A stretch of 64,000 nt of DNA from Felis catus (taxonomy: Eukaryota): the NCBI RefSeq assembly GCF_018350175.1, contig NC_058368.1:66466001-66530000 (forward strand), written 5' to 3'. The first letter of the stretch is position 1; each line of letters begins with the position of its first letter. Made by a program: the position numbers and the translations under genes. Positions 1 to 13,025 of the stretch are shown piece by piece. The notes under the pieces are model-generated. The model had not been told where the DNA came from. It was given only the letters and a program-made list of their open reading frames with translations, and searched no databases.

Positions 1-1424
1 ATGCTAGCAAAAGAGAATCTAAAAAATGTTGTGATGTGCACAGTGCTCATTTTTATTTCCTCAAGGAAGCTATTAAAGTCCTTTTCAAATACAGCAATTA
101 TTTCATGTTTTAAAATATTTAGTAGCAAAGTTTCCACATTTATAGCCCCAATTTTGCAACAGGACATAAATGTGAGAGTTCAGTTCAACCTTTATGCTGG
201 GTTCCTCTTTTTATTCTCAGACTGTAAGTTCAAGGACTTATGGACACTGTCCCCTTCTTTTCCCCTGGGTCCCAAGTGACTATCATCCGAGAACCTGTCA
301 CATGGGCGCAGGGAGGTACTTATTCCAATAAATGCTTATTAAATGAATTCATTCACCCAACCACCATTATTCCTTGTACTCCAATTAGAACACTAGCCAA
401 ATTTTACTATAACTTGTTACTTATTTATCTGTTTTCCTCAATAAGACCCTTAATTCCTAAAGGTCAGAGATCAGGTCTTTCTACCTTTGAAGCATGACCT
501 TAGCATGCAACCTGGACAGAGGTGATGTTTAATAAGAAGTTGTTGCCTAAAGACTGTGCCGGGCAAAGTAGTTTTATCTTTTGTACAATTCAACTAAACA
601 GGCCCCTTTCTAGCTGGTGCTGTTTCCTCAGCTTGCAATGCTGTTTCATCTGTTTTCTGACATCGGTTCATCAAGGACCAATGCAATGGTTCCTGCCCTC
701 GAGTATCTTCCCTCATGGCTCCCAGTCTGAATTCATAGCTCTCTGCACTTAGCACCTTTAACTGCATTGCCCTCCTGGCTTATGTTACTGTTGTTAATTT
801 AGTCAATAACATTTTCAAATCTTACCCAAGGTTCCTGGTGGTTAGTTGTCCCTATCAGGCAACAGCGAGAACTTTCTGCCTGTATTGTCTCACATGGATA
901 CACAGAGGGTAGTTAAAGGAATCAAGTCATTTACTCAAGGGATAGTTTTTTTCCCTGAATGGATTTTTTACAGTTCATGGCAAAGACAATCATCTTAAGA
1001 AACAAAAACATCAAATGTTAAGACCCAGGCCGGGCTTTTGCAGAGATAAAAGATTTTTGTGAATTCTGAAGTCTCAGCTTTGAGTAGCAAAATTGAAGTT
1101 TCAAAGAAATAAAGGCGTAAAGTTTAAAGCAACAGCTTTGGAAGACACATGATATTGCAAATGATCAATGTTTCCTACAAGTAGAGTTTAGAAAAAGTCA
1201 TCTTTGAGAAGGGGCATCAGCCCTGGAAAAAGGACTATGTGTTAGCTTTGGTGTAGGTCCCTGAAAAGGTTCCTCATGTCCTGGGAACTCCGGATAAGGT
1301 TAGAAGGTTCCCAGGGAGAGACGTTGTGCTTCCTCCTCTAGCTGTAACCTGGGGAGCCTGCCAGGCTTAAACACAGCTTTCACTGCAAGTATGGAGCCCA
1401 CGCAGTAGGGGTGGAATGCCTAAG

Positions 1425-1895
1425 GACAGCAAGCACTCCTGGTTGCTTACCAAACATCCATTCTCCTCTTCTTCCGTTGTAACTTGCTTTGTATTTTGAG
1501 TGAAGCAATGTATCAAATTATCCCTGAGATTGAACTAGGTGTCTCTGGATCTGACTTCTAGGAAAGTTCTTTAAAGGTCATGGTCTCAGCTTAAGAGTGT
1601 CCCCCTTTCCCTTTCCATTTGTCTTTGCTGCTTCATGGAACATGGATGTGATGGTTGAAGTTGCCGCAGGCATCTTAACAGCCAACTAACAAAGTTAGGA
1701 AAAGAGGTCACTCACCAAGGGAGGTAGAGCAGAAAGACAGAAGGGTCCATGATGACTGTGGAGATACTACACCAGCCCTGGACTGCCCGCCACTGGGGCT
1801 CTTTTACATAAAGAGAAAAATAATCCTCTTTTTTGCTTGGACTTCTATAACAGGTTTTCTGTTCTAAGCAGCTGAACCAAACCCTATGTGATACA
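1425..1895 (+). mobile_element. Old MaLR LTR (MLT1-type)
   Basis: MLT1-like body with 3' end ...gcagctgaaccaaaccctatgtgataca. Confidence 0.55.
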
Positions 1896-2625
1896 TAGAA
1901 AAAGTATCTAGAGGTGTACCAGAGTGCATTTTGCAAAGAAAGCCACACAATATCTCGAGCTTTTAGATACTGAGTTCAAGTCAGAGATCAAACTGTGATT
2001 AGGAAAAGAGAGAAGGGATTCTCAAGACATGGAAAGATCCAGATTCAGTACTGCAAGAGGCAAATAACTCTTGGAAAGCACCAGAATTCACCCAGTGCAA
2101 AGTGTAAATAATTAAGGAGGAGACAAGACTCTGCAGCAATTCATAATTTGGGGAGATAAAAGAACAGGAGAAAAGTAATAAGGAGAGATTATAGGTCTCA
2201 GCAGGGCTATAAAAACATTATACAATAAATGCTCTAGTAGGAGCTATACACAGAGTAGCCAATTTATAGAATGTAGTAAAAACAGGCGAGTGTGTGCTAA
2301 TGAGATGCAAAGAATGCGATAAACCCAATACCACAAGCAATAACATCCCCCACAATAAGAAGTCATGCAAGCTGTAGAATAGGTATTTTTGTTAGAATTG
2401 TGAACATTGTTCTTGAACAAGATGCCTTCAATTGCTCTTGAGAAGCTAATAGTATCTTTGTTTGACACGAATTAAAAGTGAGCTCCGTTAATCTCTCTTT
2501 AAGGGCCAAATGTAATTTGAGGGTAACAAACAAAAGCAAAAGTAAACTAACAGTGCACTGATATCGCCTTATGTCTGCTACGGAGATACATAGCTATATT
2601 TCCGAATTAAAAATGGAGCGCTTCA

Positions 2626-2830
2626 GGGGTGCCTCAGCAGCTCAGTTGGCTGACTGTCTGACCCTTGATTTCAGCTCAGGTCATGATCCGAGGGTCATGG
2701 GACCAAGCCCTGTGTTGGCCTCCTCACTGAGTGTGGAGCCTGCTTAAGATTCTCTCTCTCCCTGTGCCCCTCTCCCCTACTTGCACTCTCTCTCTCTCTC
2801 TCTCTCTCTCTAAAAATAAAAAAAACAATA
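2626..2830 (+). mobile_element. CAN-SINE (older carnivore SINEC)
   Basis: tRNA-like head, (CT)n, A-rich tail. Confidence 0.9.
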
Positions 2831-3390
2831 ATGATAAAATTGAGTGTTTCAGAAATGAGGTTACAAATTTTGGTACACAAACCTAGTCTCTCTTGCTCCA
2901 ACAAACTAAGGATAGGTACAGGAAGAAAAAAGCTTCACCTTGGAGGCGGTATTGAAGAAAATGTGATTCTGTGGGCTTTCAAGGTAAAAATTTTTAAATG
3001 CAACCCTTGCAGAAGAAAGCAATCAATCAACGGCTGTTGTGCTTATAGACATAAAGAAACTGGGATAAAATACAGGGAAGGCTTCTCTTTTTTGGGATCA
3101 CTGGAGGATAAAGTTACTATCAAACCTAACCTTCACTTAGATGTCTACACGTTCGGATTCCTGCCACAATGACCACAAAGACACTGGTACGTCACCAAAG
3201 ACCAGCACACTGGTGCTGGTGATGTCCAGAAGACATCAGTCATGGTCAAAGTGAGTATTATTGTGACAATGCTCTGCTCGTCTGAGAACTCATATGTAAT
3301 CCCTCGGAAGTCACACAATAGACCCTGAGTTTCATATGGGAGGTTCCAATTTAGAACTTAGGGTAGAAGGCACAAATAAAAAGTCAGGTT

Positions 3391-3610
3391 GGGGGGCGTC
3401 AGGGTGGCTCAGTCGGTTGAGCAGCTGATTTCGGCTCAGGTCATGATCTCACAGCTCATGAGTTGGAACCCCGTGTCGGGCTCTGTGCTGACAGCTCAGA
3501 GCCTGAAGCCCGCTTCGGATTCTGTGTCTCCATCTCTCTCTGCCTACCCCCTGCCCCTGCTCACACTCTGTCTCTCTGTCTGTCTCAAAAATAAATAAAC
3601 ATTTAAGAAA
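3391..3610 (+). mobile_element. CAN-SINE, SINEC_Fc-like
   Basis: Head ...gtggctcagtcggttgag, CT tract, aaataaataaac tail; imperfect TSD aaataaaa(a)gt(c/t)aggt. Confidence 0.92.
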
Positions 3611-4189
3611 AAATAAAAGTTAGGTCGGAATTTCTAAATAAGAGAATTCCTGATTGTAATTCCTAAAAAAACGAGATCTCATCCCGCTTACGACTTTATG
3701 ATAATATGTATGTATTCTTGCCTTGTTCTAGCAAGAATCTGAAGCAATATGCGATCAGAATGTTGGTTTCACACTTCCCTAAAGAAACCATATGTAACAG
3801 GCATGAAATAGTTCAACAACACCCAGCTTCCACTGAGACTACGCTGTGCCACAAGGAGGCGGATAGGCCATACGCAGCACATTTAGTGAGACAAGAAACA
3901 GTCATAAGAAAAAAGGACATTTCAGCACTAATAGTCTTGCAGGCAGTGCTCAGCCAGGATGTTGTGTGTTTTCCATTTTGCTCATACGTCTTCTCCCTAT
4001 CCTTCCCTAGCCACTCTCTCACTGCATCCTGAGCAGACAGAATGGAAGACATCTTCGGGCATTTTGAAGGAGTCCCGTAGATAGTCCACATATACTTGTA
4101 TTATAGCATTGTATGCACAGTATACATAAGCGTACTTAGAATATATATAGCATAATTTATTTAAAAGCATGTATTTAAAAAGAAATATC

Positions 4190-4328
4190 AATTATGTATG
4201 GTGACAGATGTAACTAGACTTACTGAGGTGACTGTCTAGTGATATATACAAATATTGAATCATTAGGTTGAACACCTGAAACTAACTTAATTCTACCTGT
4301 CAGTTATATCTCAATTAAAGAAAAAAGA
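4190..4328 (+). mobile_element. L1 (L1MA-type) 3' terminal fragment
   Basis: tatggtgacagatg...acacctgaaactaac...tatatctcaattaaa followed by an A tail. Confidence 0.7.
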
Positions 4329-5189
4329 ACTATCAGTTGAGCCCCTGAGGAAGAAAGCTTATATTTCAAGGATTAAACTTGGAACACATGCAAACAGAGG
4401 ACTACAAGAGGTTCTGCTATCAGGACGACAGCTTTAAAAGAAGTCATTGTATGTCATAAGCAGGTGGGAAAGAGGGAACCACAGGGATGTTAGAAGAGAT
4501 TCTAGATAAGAACTGAGGTACTCCCAGGGCATGCGTGTCTAAGGGATCACGAAAGCACTAGGAGAAAGGAACCCACATCAATGGTCTAACCACCTTAGAT
4601 TTACATAGAAATGTGGTTTGCCATTATGCTACTTAATTTCATCCATAATGAAGTGCATATAGTTCATTTCTCAGTATAGGTTGAGTTCTCAATAGAGCAT
4701 GGGTTTATCCGTATAAAGTATAGAGTTGAAAGGAATTTCTTCAGGTACCTTTTAGCTCCTGCCAAGTTCCAAAGCCAAACTATCTCCCAGACTGAGCGAA
4801 TAGAAATCCTGCCACCCTGGGAGGCCCAGCTCAAGTGGATGGCCAGCCACCAATACCTCGGCTCTCATAAAACTCACCAAGATGTTACACTACTTACGAA
4901 TTAGTGACTTTATCTGAGACGTTTAAAAATACATGTATTGTATAAATAAATGTAGCATTTTAAAAACTGGAACATTTAATCATGATAAAACCAATGCCCT
5001 CTCTTTTCAAAAGCCAAGCGAAATTATTCAAACTTGCCTTTCACCAATTAGTGTTAATTCCTATTAACATGATCTAACAGGACTAAATTTCCTCAGCTAT
5101 AATAAAAGCTATTGTGAAAGGATTAAATTAAGATTGTCTAAACTGACAAAAAGCAGATTGTAGCTAGAAGACTCAACACGGGGAAATTT

Positions 5190-5450
5190 TTTTTCTTTTC
5201 TATAGCATTTTTTAAATTTTATTTAAATCCAAGCTAGGTAACAAATACGTCATAATGGTCTCAGGAGAATTTAGTGATTCATCATGACATATGACACCCA
5301 GTCTCATCCTGACAAGTGCCCTCCTCAATGCCCATCCCCGATTTAGTCCTGCCCCCACCCAACACCCCTCCAGCAACCCTCAGTTTGGTCTCTATATTTA
5401 AGCATCTCTATGGTCTGCCTCCTTCTCTGTTTTTATCTCATTTTTCCTTG
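5190..5450 (-). mobile_element. Carnivore L1 3' end
   Basis: Poly-T then aaatccaag...acacccagt...gcaaccctcagtttg; same family as 31854-32555. Confidence 0.7.
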
Positions 5451-5984
5451 AACTTGGGGAAATTTTTGAGTAGGAAACTTATCTAAAGATCTCTGTTCAG
5501 CCACTTACTGGTTCATACACTCTTGTACACATTTTTTTAGCCTCTCTGACCTTCGTTTTCCCCATATTTAACATGAGGAGGGCAGTCTAGTACACGCAGT
5601 TTTGTGTAGTTAGAGATTGTGTTTGCATGATGCCTACTATAGAGACTGGCACATTAACAGATGCTTAGCAATGTAAACAGTCTCCTAACAAAACGTACCA
5701 AGCACCAACTTAGTGCCAGGTACTGTTCTAGACGTTGGGTGTGGTGTCAATGATCAAAGTGACTTCCCAAACCCTAGTGAAACCTGGAAACTACATTTTT
5801 GTATGAACAGAGAATTCGATTTATGGGACAACTAAAATGTCAGAAGAAGATGTGGTATTTTGTTACTGACTTACATAGAGAACAGATCGCTTTCACTAAT
5901 TCTCTTATGAACCTTTAGTTGTTCTTTTTTGTCTTTCCAAAAGTCATTATCCTACAAGAACAGATAGATCACAAAAGGGAACGT

Positions 5985-6850
5985 AAATTCATGAAAAGAT
6001 TCTGAACTTCATTATGCAAATTAAAGCTCACTGAAATGCCATTTTCACCTATCCCATTAGCAAAGATGAAAAAGTGGAATAGCACACTGGATTAATGAGA
6101 GAGAGTTGGGGAACTGCTACTCTGCTGCATAGCTGGTTGGAGGGAAAATTATCCAACCTTAAGGAGGGTCATTTGGCAATATCTAGTCACCTTTCAAATA
6201 CACTTATTTTTTTTTTATTTTTTATTACATTTATTTATTTTTGAGAGGCAGAGAGAGACAGAGTGTGAGCGGGGCAGGGGCAGAGAGAGAGGCAGACACA
6301 GAATCTGAAGCAGACTCCTGGCTCTGAGCGGTCAGCACAGAGACTGACGTGGGGCTTGAACCCATGAACTGTGAGATCATGACCTGAGCCGAAGTCGGAC
6401 GCTTAACCGACTGAGCCACCCAAGCACCCCTCAAATACACTTATTTAATCTTTGACCTAGCAATTCTGTTCTCACTTACCCTACATGCTCATGCACTGTA
6501 GCATTGCTTGCAAAGCAAGAGACTAGAAACCACCTACATGCCCATCGATAAAAAGCTGGTGAAAAATTTCAGGATAAATCTGCACTGTAGAATACAATAG
6601 AGTCATAAAAAAGGAATGAGAATGCCCTTCATAAATGGATACAGAAAAATTTAGAATAAGTATAAAAAATGAAAAGGAAAGGAAAAAAAAACACAAAAAA
6701 ATGAATTCACAGAATGTTTATAGTATGCTACCATTCAGATAACATATTTGTATATTCATAAAATATATCTGGAAGAATAGGAAAAAATGATAATGGATAG
6801 CCTAGAGAGACTTCATTTCATTTCATGTCTTTTATATTTGAACCTCTTAT
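5985..6850 (+). mobile_element. Old L1 (L1ME-like) fragment interrupted by a SINE
   Basis: Degenerate ORF2-end and 3'UTR motifs (ttgacctagcaattc, aaccacctacatgcccatc). Confidence 0.55.
6210..6430 (-). mobile_element. CAN-SINE, SINEC_Fc-like
   Basis: 16-bp TSD tcaaatacacttattt at 6194-6209 and 6431-6446. Confidence 0.95.
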
Positions 6851-7066
6851 GAGTATTATCTATTTTTAAATTTTTAAATGAAAACATTTAGGAAACTATG
6901 TAACAACCTAAAATGTGTGCATGATAGCTGCAATTGTGCAAACATAGACTATGAGAGGAAATAAGCAGAAAATTGAGATGGAATTATGGACATGTAAAAA
7001 CTTTTTTGCCAATATTTCTGTAACTATAAATCATTAGGAATCATAAGCTATTAAAAAATTTAAAGT

Positions 7067-7290
7067 TGGGGCGCCTGGGTGGCGCAGTCGGTTAGGCGTC
7101 CGACTTCAGCCAGGTCACGATCTCGCGGTCCGTGAGTTTGAGCCCCGCGTCGGGCTCTGTGCTGACAGCTCAGAGCCCGGAGCCTGTTTCCCATTCTGTG
7201 TCTCCCTCTCTCTCTGCCCCTCCCCCGTTCATGCGCTGTCTCTCTCTGTCCCAAAAATAAATAAACGTTGAAAACAAAAATTAAAAAAAA
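7067..7290 (+). mobile_element. Young feline SINEC_Fc
   Basis: ggggcgcctgggtggcgcagtcggtt...gtcccaaaaataaataaacgttg; CpGs retained; TSD aaaaaattt(a/t)aagttg. Confidence 0.95.
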
Positions 7291-7461
7291 AAATTTTAAG
7301 TTGACATAAAACAACAATAATTTAAATACTCAAGGTATTAGCCTAATTATGATTTTTCTTTCATAAGAAAGATAAATTAAATGGATCCATTTTTAAGTGC
7401 TTCACTCTTGGGAAGAGAGAAGCAAAATGTCCTATATACATCTTTTTAAAATTTTTAACTA

Positions 7462-7697
7462 GGGGCACCTAGGTGGCTCAGTCAGTCGGGCAGTTAGGCA
7501 TCTGCCTTTGGCTCAGGTCATCATCTCACAGTTGGTGAGTTCGAGCCCTGCATCGGGCTCTGTGCTGTCAGCGCAGAGCCTGCTTTGGTTCATCTGTCCC
7601 CTTCTCTCTCTCTCCCCCGACCTTGCTCCTGCTTGCTGTTTCTCTTAAAGAATAAATAAACATTAAACATTTTTAATAAAAATAAAAAATTAAATTA
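7462..7697 (+). mobile_element. CAN-SINE
   Basis: SINE head and tail; TSD aaatttttaacta. Confidence 0.92.
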
Positions 7698-8937
7698 AAT
7701 TTTTAACTAAACGCATACTAACTTAGAAACATTTCATACTTGTTATGACCTATTAATTAGGTCATGATGACCTAATTAATGACCCATTAATAAGGGAATT
7801 AACTTCATGCGGTCCATTAGATTTTTGTTTGGGGAAACTCATTTTCTCTTTTCTTGCTTTATATTCCTAAATTAATGGAGCTATCTTACGCAACCATTAC
7901 TCACTGTTAAGAAACGCAAATGGTGATAAGACTACTTATACATCTTATCCCCTGTAGAATTTTCAGTGTATAAGGTGACAAACACATGAGCTGTGCAGTG
8001 AGTATTGTATGTGCAACCTATGAATCCCCCAGCCACTTGAAATTGAAAGTATTAGTGCTTGCCAAATGTACCTTTCTAAAAGGAGAACATCCAAATGCAG
8101 CCCTACGAATAATAGCTTTGAAATTGGGAAGAAAACGTTAAGTCTCTGACATAGTTTCTTTCTTGGCAAGTAACTCAGCTACTTAACTTTAGGGTCTATT
8201 GGATTTCCTCCCTCCCCACCCCGCCGCTTAGATAATATCTAAATTCAGTATTGAAGACAGCACTACTTAGCATTTCCGTGACCTAATCTTATTTTCCATG
8301 ATAAATGTGTGCATTTCCGTCAATTACCTTATGAATTATTAGAACTTCAGAGACTGGTTCAGAGTTTTTTCCTGTATTTTAACATTATATCTTTTACTCT
8401 TTATTGTGATCACATACAACTTTGTACCTCTCTTGCTTGAAGAGATTTCATGAAAATAATTTTAATAAGTGTGGTATGCAATATATTTGCATAAATTGCC
8501 TCATGAATTTGAAATTCTAGAAGCTATCACTCTTTTAATTGAAATGCTTTAACCTGGATTTCAATATGTGAAAAAATTACTTAAGGCTGAATTGGCTTCA
8601 ACATGAAACCCTAGGTAAGTAGCCTAAAGAAACTGTGAGTTCTGGAACTCATGCCCAAACATTATTCCTTCCGTGCCTGCAAAGAGAGGCTTTGGCTTTC
8701 TGTCTATTTACATGCACATGACAACAGATACCAAAGAAAAACAGAATTTTAAATATTAAAGGTAGTAAAAGTAATGAAGATAAGGATGATTAAACATCTA
8801 GTAACTTTGAGCCACATGTAAGTCACAGAATTAGAATTCCTCATCCATAAAGCCATAATGTGAGCTCCCAGCTAGAGCAGGAATGAAACAGACTAAGGAG
8901 ATAGTCCTACAGAGAAGGGACATTTAATTCCTTAGAG

Positions 8938-9156
8938 CAGGAGTTGGTGAACTAAAAGCCTGTAGGCCAAACGAAGTTCACCACCTGTTTTTTAAATAAA
9001 GTTCTATTAGAACACCACACTCGTTCACGTACTGTCTATGGCTGCTTTCACACTACAGTGGCAGGGTGAAGTAGTTACAACAGAGATCATTTGGCCTGCA
9101 AACCCTAAAACATGTGCTATCGATAGGGCTATTCACAGAAAAGTGAGTGAAGCCCT
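8938..9156. mobile_element. MER58A-like hAT-Charlie non-autonomous DNA transposon
   Basis: aaataaagttctattagaac...ctatggctgctttcacactacagtggcag...ggcctgcaaaccctaaaa matches MER58A as I recall it. Confidence 0.75.
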
Positions 9157-10382
9157 ACATGCTTACTAGGCATCCTCCAAAGAAGGAGATAAGAGGTAAC
9201 AATCCTTGAAACTTAGGATGCTGAAAAGCAAATTACCAGCATCGCCTTTATTTCCTTTACTAGGAGAGAAAGGTCATGTGGGGGTGTATAATCCGTAATC
9301 AGTCAGAAGATTCTGCCGTTCTCCCCCTAACATTTTGGAGTACTGGGTAAGGAGTGGTGTCGCATTTTTCCTCATGAATAGGGACAGTGTGTATGCATTA
9401 TACTGTTGAAAACGTATGCTCTATAAAATCTTATTTAGAGAAATACAGTATCGGTAACGAGATGTGAAGTTATATACCAGAGAAGGGAGACACAAGAACT
9501 CCTTGGCATAGGCTGATGGCTGAGACAAGAGCCGGAAAAATGATGTGAAATATCAAGTCAGAACCCATGAATGAGGCAAGCATCCTACAGAAGAGCGAAG
9601 ACAGCTGTGGAGGCTTTAAACAGAAGCCCCCACCTTGCTGGAGGTTGGGACTAAGAGTCCACATTTCTGATGACCCCTTCGTGTTTTCCTACACACAAAT
9701 ATGAGGGCAGAAACGCTTTTTGGGGAAAAGAAACAGCTCCATCCACTGCTCTGTATCCAGATCTCCTATAACTCACCGTTGCCAGGAGTTCATCCATCCG
9801 GGAGCCAGAAAGCTATCTAGACCCTCACACCATCATGCAAGCTTAGAGCATTGTGAGCTATACCTTTACCCTCCTTCATATCTCCTTTTTTTTTTTGTAC
9901 CTTGGGTGGAGTAAAAATAATAAATCACCTCTGAAATAACTCTGACTTTGTGCTTGTCAGTAAAATTGCCTTAGGGCACAACTGTCTGCTCTGGAGAACA
10001 AGATAAAAAACCTTAATTAAGGTTTAGCAATTCAAAGCCAACATATAGTTCTCTAATTCTTTCCCAGAAACAACCATGAAACACATTGTTATTTTACGAT
10101 AACTGTTGTGTTGTACTTGGCAGTTTCTAAAGCAGCTTCATATTATTCTAATCTATTAAGTGTTGCATTAATGAGCACACCCTCCTCCGACACCGGATCG
10201 AGCCCCGTGACCTGCACTTTGCAGAGTGCTCCATATAATTCAGTAAGACTCCCAGGGTTGCACAATTCAGGACTAAAGACAACTTACTTGACTTACAATC
10301 CATTGTTCTTTTGACTATGCCATGTGGCCTTCCAGGAGTCCAGAAAAACAAACTGCTATCAACTGATGGTTTCAGGATACAC

Positions 10383-10703
10383 TGTGATATGGACTGAATT
10401 ACGGCCCCCTCAAATTCATACGTTGAAGCTCTAACCCCCAATGTGTATTCAGAGATGGGACCGATAAACAGGTAATTAGCGTTAAATAAGGTCGTATGTG
10501 TGGGGCCCTGAGAGGATGGGACTGGTGTTCCTATAAGAAGAAACACTAGAGAGCTCACTGCCTCTCTTTCCACTTAAGTACACATCACCAAAAGGCAGTG
10601 GTCTATAAGCCAGGAAGAGAGCTTTCACCAGGAACCAAATCATTCAGCACCTTGAACTTGAACTTTCAGCCTCCAGAACTCAGCAACCTGAGCTGACTAA
10701 GAC
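10383..10703 (+). mobile_element. MaLR LTR (MLT1A-like)
   Basis: tgtgatatggactgaat...gttgaagctctaacccccaatgtg...cagcctccagaact...gctgactaagac. Confidence 0.8.
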
Positions 10704-10929
10704 CCATTGTTAAGATTAATACTAAGGTGAGAAAAACTCTAGGAAAAAAATAACATAAAGTTATTGCTACAACATACAATCTATACTAGATAAGAGTTTA
10801 AATTCAAAGCACTGGCAAAATAAAAAAGGAATGGTGGTGAAATTTCTTCTTCTAATTGCTTAGAAACTCTCTCTCCAGGACACACAACCCTGAAGACGGG
10901 GTTAAAATAGTAGATGGTCAGTTAAGTAT

Positions 10930-11300
10930 CTGTAAAGCAGAGACACTGCTTTAGGGGTTCAGCAGCTGAGATACAAATGTGTAAGATGTCTAAAGCTTCT
11001 ACACCAACGCTGGCAAGCTGTACTTGAGGGGCGGAAAAGCAGCCTCTGGACAACCTGAGCTGACCTGGCACTATCAGGGAGGCCCGGGTGTTCTGCCGAA
11101 GGTAGAACAATCATGGGACATCAACATCAGACAAAGTCACCCTGTGACCCTCCGTGATGGATCAGGACAAAACCAAGGCAATTCTGCACCAGTGTCGGAG
11201 TGCAGACAAAAGTGAACAGTGTCCAAACCGCAAAATACCTAACATGAACTTTAGCCCTTTCCTGGCTAATACGAGCGACTGCCACTGCTCTCTCAATTAC
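10930..11300 (+). mobile_element. ERVL-class LTR fragment (MER54/MER73-like)
   Basis: acatcagacaaag...gatggatcaggacaaaacc...cctggctaatacgagcgactg resembles a recalled consensus; subfamily uncertain. Confidence 0.45.
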
Positions 11301-11315
11301 TAAAAATTGTTGGGA

Positions 11316-11550
11316 GGGGCGCCTGGGTGGCTCAGTGGGTTAAGCGTCCGACTTCAGCTCAGGTCACGATCTCGCGGCCCGTGAGTTTGAGCCCCGCGTC
11401 GGCTCTGGGCCGATGGCTCAGAGCCTGGAGCCTGCTTCCGATTCTGTGTCTCCCTCTCTCTCTGCCCCTCCCCCATTCATGCTCTGTCTCTCTCTGTCTC
11501 AAAAATAATAAAATAAACATTAAAAAAAAACCGAATAGTTTTAAAAAAAA
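11316..11550 (+). mobile_element. Young feline SINEC_Fc
   Basis: Full head, CT tract and A tail; CpG-rich. Confidence 0.95.
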
Positions 11551-12074
11551 AGGAGCAGCTCATTTATAGGCAGAATGCTTTGCAAAATCAGGGGGCCTAG
11601 GACCAAATGCCAAACAGGGCCGTGGACTTGTGTGCTGCTCCGAAGTTGCCAAGTGGTTGGGTTCCATGCAAGGGTCATGGTGGTCCCACCATTCATCTTC
11701 AACACCACTCATCTGATCATTGAAAAATTATTTCCATGTTACTAATTTATTATATAAATTATGCTAAATTGTGATATGATTTATAATATCATTATGCTAA
11801 CTTATGAATCCACCTCTGCACTATAAACTCCTGTCTGGGGTCATTCCAAAGCTAATCATCTCTAAAGCATGGGTTTCTAAAGAGGAGACTTTAAATGCCA
11901 TATAACCACCTGTGTGGTGTAGAGTAAAATGAATTCACATATGAATACATCCCAATGTTCACACAGAGAAAACACACACACACATACACACGAAACCTTA
12001 ATCTTTCTGAAAAGCAAATACATCCAACGTATTATCTAGAAAATTTTCCATCTATTCTGAGCCTTTGAACATAC

Positions 12075-12210
12075 CACAAAAATGGGATCATTGGCAGCAG
12101 AGTGTGGCAAAGCGCTTGTCCCGTTCAAGAAGGAATGAACCAAGTTATGCAGGCTCATCATTTGAGAGTCCAGGATCCCGTTTGCTTTATCAAACCCTTC
12201 CAGGGCATTC
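12075..12210 (-). CDS. DCT: DCT coding exon 6 (136 nt): NALEGFDKANGILDSQMMSLHNLVHSFLNGTSALPHSAANDPIFV
   Basis: TTTCTCTCAG acceptor; metal-B HNLVH and ANDPIF motifs; donor GTG|GTATGT. Confidence 0.97.
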
Positions 12211-12844
12211 CTGAGAGAAATCAATATGTCAGCAACGAGAGTCACGATTGACAAAGGTCTCTTTTTATCGTTTCCAACCTAAATAATAGTCTTCTAACTT
12301 GAGATGGGGCAGGGAAAGGGGAAGCTCTGTCACAGCTCATTAACTGCAACTTCGTCCCAACCTTTAATAATGATCTTAATAAGGGGAGGGAACTCTTGAT
12401 CACTGCTACTACTGCACTGCTCAGTAGTGGGATTACACCTCTTTTATATGTACCGTATGACCAATTTTTACCTTCATATCTGTCTCCCATGCCAGGCTAT
12501 GGACTCTTAGAAGACACAGACTGTGTTTTCTTGTGATTTTTATTGCCAGGGATCAATACCATGCCCAGCACATGGCCAGTGATCAGAAATATTTTTTGAA
12601 TTAATATAAAATCTTATATTCCCATTTCTCAACTAAACAGACCTCTGGCTTGAGAATGAGAAATAAGTATGGATGTAAATCATATTTTAAACAAAGATGA
12701 ATAGGGCTTCAAAAAGGCATGATGGATAGATTCATGGTCTGTGATCAGTTATATTCAGTCTTCAAAACATATCTCCAAATTTTTCTTACCCTTGTCTTTT
12801 TCCCCTCCCCATTTTGTAGGAAATTCAAATTGTCTTCATCCTAA

Positions 12845-13025
12845 CTCAAGGATCCTCAGATTTAAGCGTACATGGGAATCACTGAAGAAAAACACATATT
12901 TCGTGCCCCACTTTCAGAGTTTCTGGTTCAGTTGGTGTGGGCTGGGTTTCACAATCTGTCTTTCCAACCAGCTCCCAAATGATGCCCGTTATGGTGGTCT
13001 AGGCACCACACCTTGATAACCACTC
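12845..13025. mobile_element. MER5A-like hAT element
   Basis: cagagtttctggttcagttggt...cagctcccaaatgatgc...accacaccttgataaccact. Confidence 0.65.

Noticed and set aside
3170..3240. Small hairpins (accagcac/gtgctggt, gatgtc/gacatc) and short direct repeats
   Set aside because: Arms of 6-8 bp are expected by chance in 64 kb.
3389..3598. Recurrent 'AQSVKRPTSAQVMIS' ORF family (also at 6231, 11327, 42048, 60708, 61577 and others)
   Set aside because: These are CAN-SINE translations, not a gene family. The SINE heads are tRNA-derived but are not tRNA genes.
1..12074. DCT exons 7-8 and the alternative intron 6 exons of the human TRP-2-6b isoform
   Set aside because: No matching peptide seen by eye or in the ORF track. 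Exons 7-8 are probably beyond the left edge, so this is not evidence of gene truncation. A TBLASTN would settle it.
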